Shown here: positions 62,691 through 64,000 of the stretch, one piece after another
How the letters are laid out: the number at the start of each line of letters is the position of its first letter
Position numbering within the stretch: position 1 is the first letter of the stretch
Source of the DNA: an uncultured virus (IMG/VR IMGVR_UViG_3300006467_001879)
Taxonomy: Duplodnaviria; Heunggongvirae; Uroviricota; Caudoviricetes
Length of the DNA: 64,000 nt
Virus record (IMG/VR): IMGVR_UViG_3300006467_001879
Strand: one strand, 5' to 3'
Position numbers and translations under genes: made by a program
Notes under the pieces: model-generated
What the model was told of the DNA's origin: nothing
Seen by the model: the letters and a program-made list of their open reading frames with translations, nothing else
Databases searched by the model: none

Positions 62691-63110
62691 ATGATTGCAG
62701 GAGAAACAGAATATATCATACATGGTGGAGAAGATAATTACGATTACTTCTTGAAAAACCTGTTTAAGAAAGATCCCAACAAACAGTCAAAACCCAAACG
62801 TACTGCCGAAGAAAAAGCAGCTCGAAAAGAGCAACGCCAACAATGGTGGGGAAAGCAAAAAGAAGGTTTTCAAAAAGCCGGAGGTGTGGAAGGTATTACC
62901 AGTACCCTAGGAAATATTGTAGGCTTTTTTAAAGACGATACACCAACGGATTATGATGTTTCCATGGGTGGACAGCCTGCCCCTGAACCTGAGAAAAAAG
63001 GCATTTCAAAAGAAGTAATGATTATCGGAGGAATAGCCGTGCTAGTGATTGCTGCATACGGCTTTTCAGTCATGCAAAAGAATAAGAAAGTACAAATCCA
63101 GTCCGCTTAA
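62691..63110 (+). CDS. C-terminally anchored membrane protein
   Basis: Acidic N-terminus, basic segment, amphipathic helix, TM plus KNKK. Confidence 0.7.
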   Translation: MIAGETEYIIHGGEDNYDYFLKNLFKKDPNKQSKPKRTAEEKAARKEQRQQWWGKQKEGFQKAGGVEGITSTLGNIVGFFKDDTPTDYDVSMGGQPAPEPEKKGISKEVMIIGGIAVLVIAAYGFSVMQKNKKVQIQSA

Positions 63111-63916
63111 TGTTAGTACCAGTACCAACACATAACAATCGTTTTGTTTTGAAGGTAGGAATTAAAGCCCTTCGACCGGTCATTATTGCCCTTAAAGGTT
63201 ATGATGCCCACAGAGCTAATTCCTATTATTTCAGAAGAAAGGTTCCTTTCAAGCCCTCGGCAATGAGAGACGGCATGAATTACAAGGAAATCTCTATTCC
63301 AATGCCTTTGTCTCCTGAAACTTTGTTGGTTGAAATTTACAATAGCGAGTCCGGTGAAGACAATGGCTATGTAATTGAAAAGTTTGAATTGGAAAAACTG
63401 GATGCTTCTGAGGTTTGGGCTCAACCTGCCATGCATCGCTTCATTGACTTTGCTCAAAACTTTGCGAAGTATAGTGGTACATACAAGCCCGGATTTTTCG
63501 ATTCACCCGACCATGAATTTTTGATTCAGTTACTACCAGTCATTAAAGACCAGTTTGGCAATACCATGGTAACGCCTGCTAGAACCAACCGTCAGACCGG
63601 TAGAATACAGGTCTCAAATCAGGCATTCAAACACTTTACCATTCCGGTAAGGATGTTTGTGTTATTGCATGAACGCCAACATTTTCAAATACCGACACGA
63701 GAAGAACGTCCGGCAGACCTTGCTGCATTAAAGCTCTATTTGGATCTACAATACCCAAAAATTGAGGCGGTGTACGCTGCTACAAAAGTATTTGCCATGC
63801 ACCCTGAAACCGTGGGAAGTCAGCATGTAACAAGAGCTCAGGACATTATCAATTTCATTGACAGGTATCGCAATACCCAAGAAATTATGTTAAACCACAA
63901 AGCCAAAGCCGTATGA
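63110..63916 (+). CDS. Putative zincin metallopeptidase
   Basis: FVLLHERQH (HExxH) followed by EE..AD..A; beta-rich N-domain. Confidence 0.65.
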   Translation: MLVPVPTHNNRFVLKVGIKALRPVIIALKGYDAHRANSYYFRRKVPFKPSAMRDGMNYKEISIPMPLSPETLLVEIYNSESGEDNGYVIEKFELEKLDASEVWAQPAMHRFIDFAQNFAKYSGTYKPGFFDSPDHEFLIQLLPVIKDQFGNTMVTPARTNRQTGRIQVSNQAFKHFTIPVRMFVLLHERQHFQIPTREERPADLAALKLYLDLQYPKIEAVYAATKVFAMHPETVGSQHVTRAQDIINFIDRYRNTQEIMLNHKAKAV

Positions 63917-64000
63917 ACAGCAAACAGAAAATAGGGTTATTGGGAGCTTTGGCGGTGGTTGGCACAGGTTATTTCCTTTTCAAAAATGACAAGGATGAAA
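63913..64000 (+). CDS. N-terminally anchored membrane protein, 3' partial
   Basis: MNSKQKIGLLGALAVVGTGYFLFKNDKDE..., ATGA overlap with the previous gene. Confidence 0.6.
   Translation, partial: MNSKQKIGLLGALAVVGTGYFLFKNDKDE

Larger units (their letters stand above)
23157..64000. mobile_element. Serine-recombinase-integrated provirus-like element (candidate tailless membrane-containing virus); right end outside the window
   Basis: Recombinase, CI/Cro switch, Rep, DarB-like genes, A32-like ATPase, candidate capsid and membrane-protein operon, internal defence island. Confidence 0.7.

Noticed and set aside
23157..64000. Conjugative element or tailed prophage
   Set aside because: No relaxase, coupling protein or Tra genes, and no terminase, portal or tail genes recognisable in the window. 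Genes beyond 64000 cannot be excluded.

Overview
AT-rich Bacteroidota DNA (TAnnTTTG promoters, Bacteroidota-type integrase and SOS cassette) that appears to be entirely accessory: two integrated elements in tandem, separated by a duplicated tRNA-Leu-like 3' end at 23139-23156. The left element (<1-23156) is a tyrosine-integrase island. It carries a type IIG restriction-modification enzyme, an integrase-less three-cassette attC array that truncates a decayed IS1595, a mutagenesis cluster (dinB, a dnaE2 frameshifted in an A9 tract, XRE/S24 repressor, DEDDh-GIY-YIG nuclease, SRAP), and an inverted, pseudogenised duplicate of an HTH/lipoprotein module. The right element (23157->64000) looks like a large tailless, membrane-containing provirus. 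It has a large serine recombinase, CI/Cro-like switch, wHTH replication protein, glycosyltransferase, split DarB-like polyvalent MTase plus SNF2 helicase, an FtsK/HerA (A32-like) ATPase, a candidate jelly-roll capsid protein, many small C-terminally anchored membrane proteins and an HExxH protease. No terminase, portal, tail or T4SS genes are visible in the window. A ~15.5 kb defence island (Eco57I/BpmI-like RM, Gabija, AbiE, GmrSD-like, DUF2779-like, Zn protein) sits between its ATPase and structural operons. Family assignments come from motif recognition only; no searches were run.
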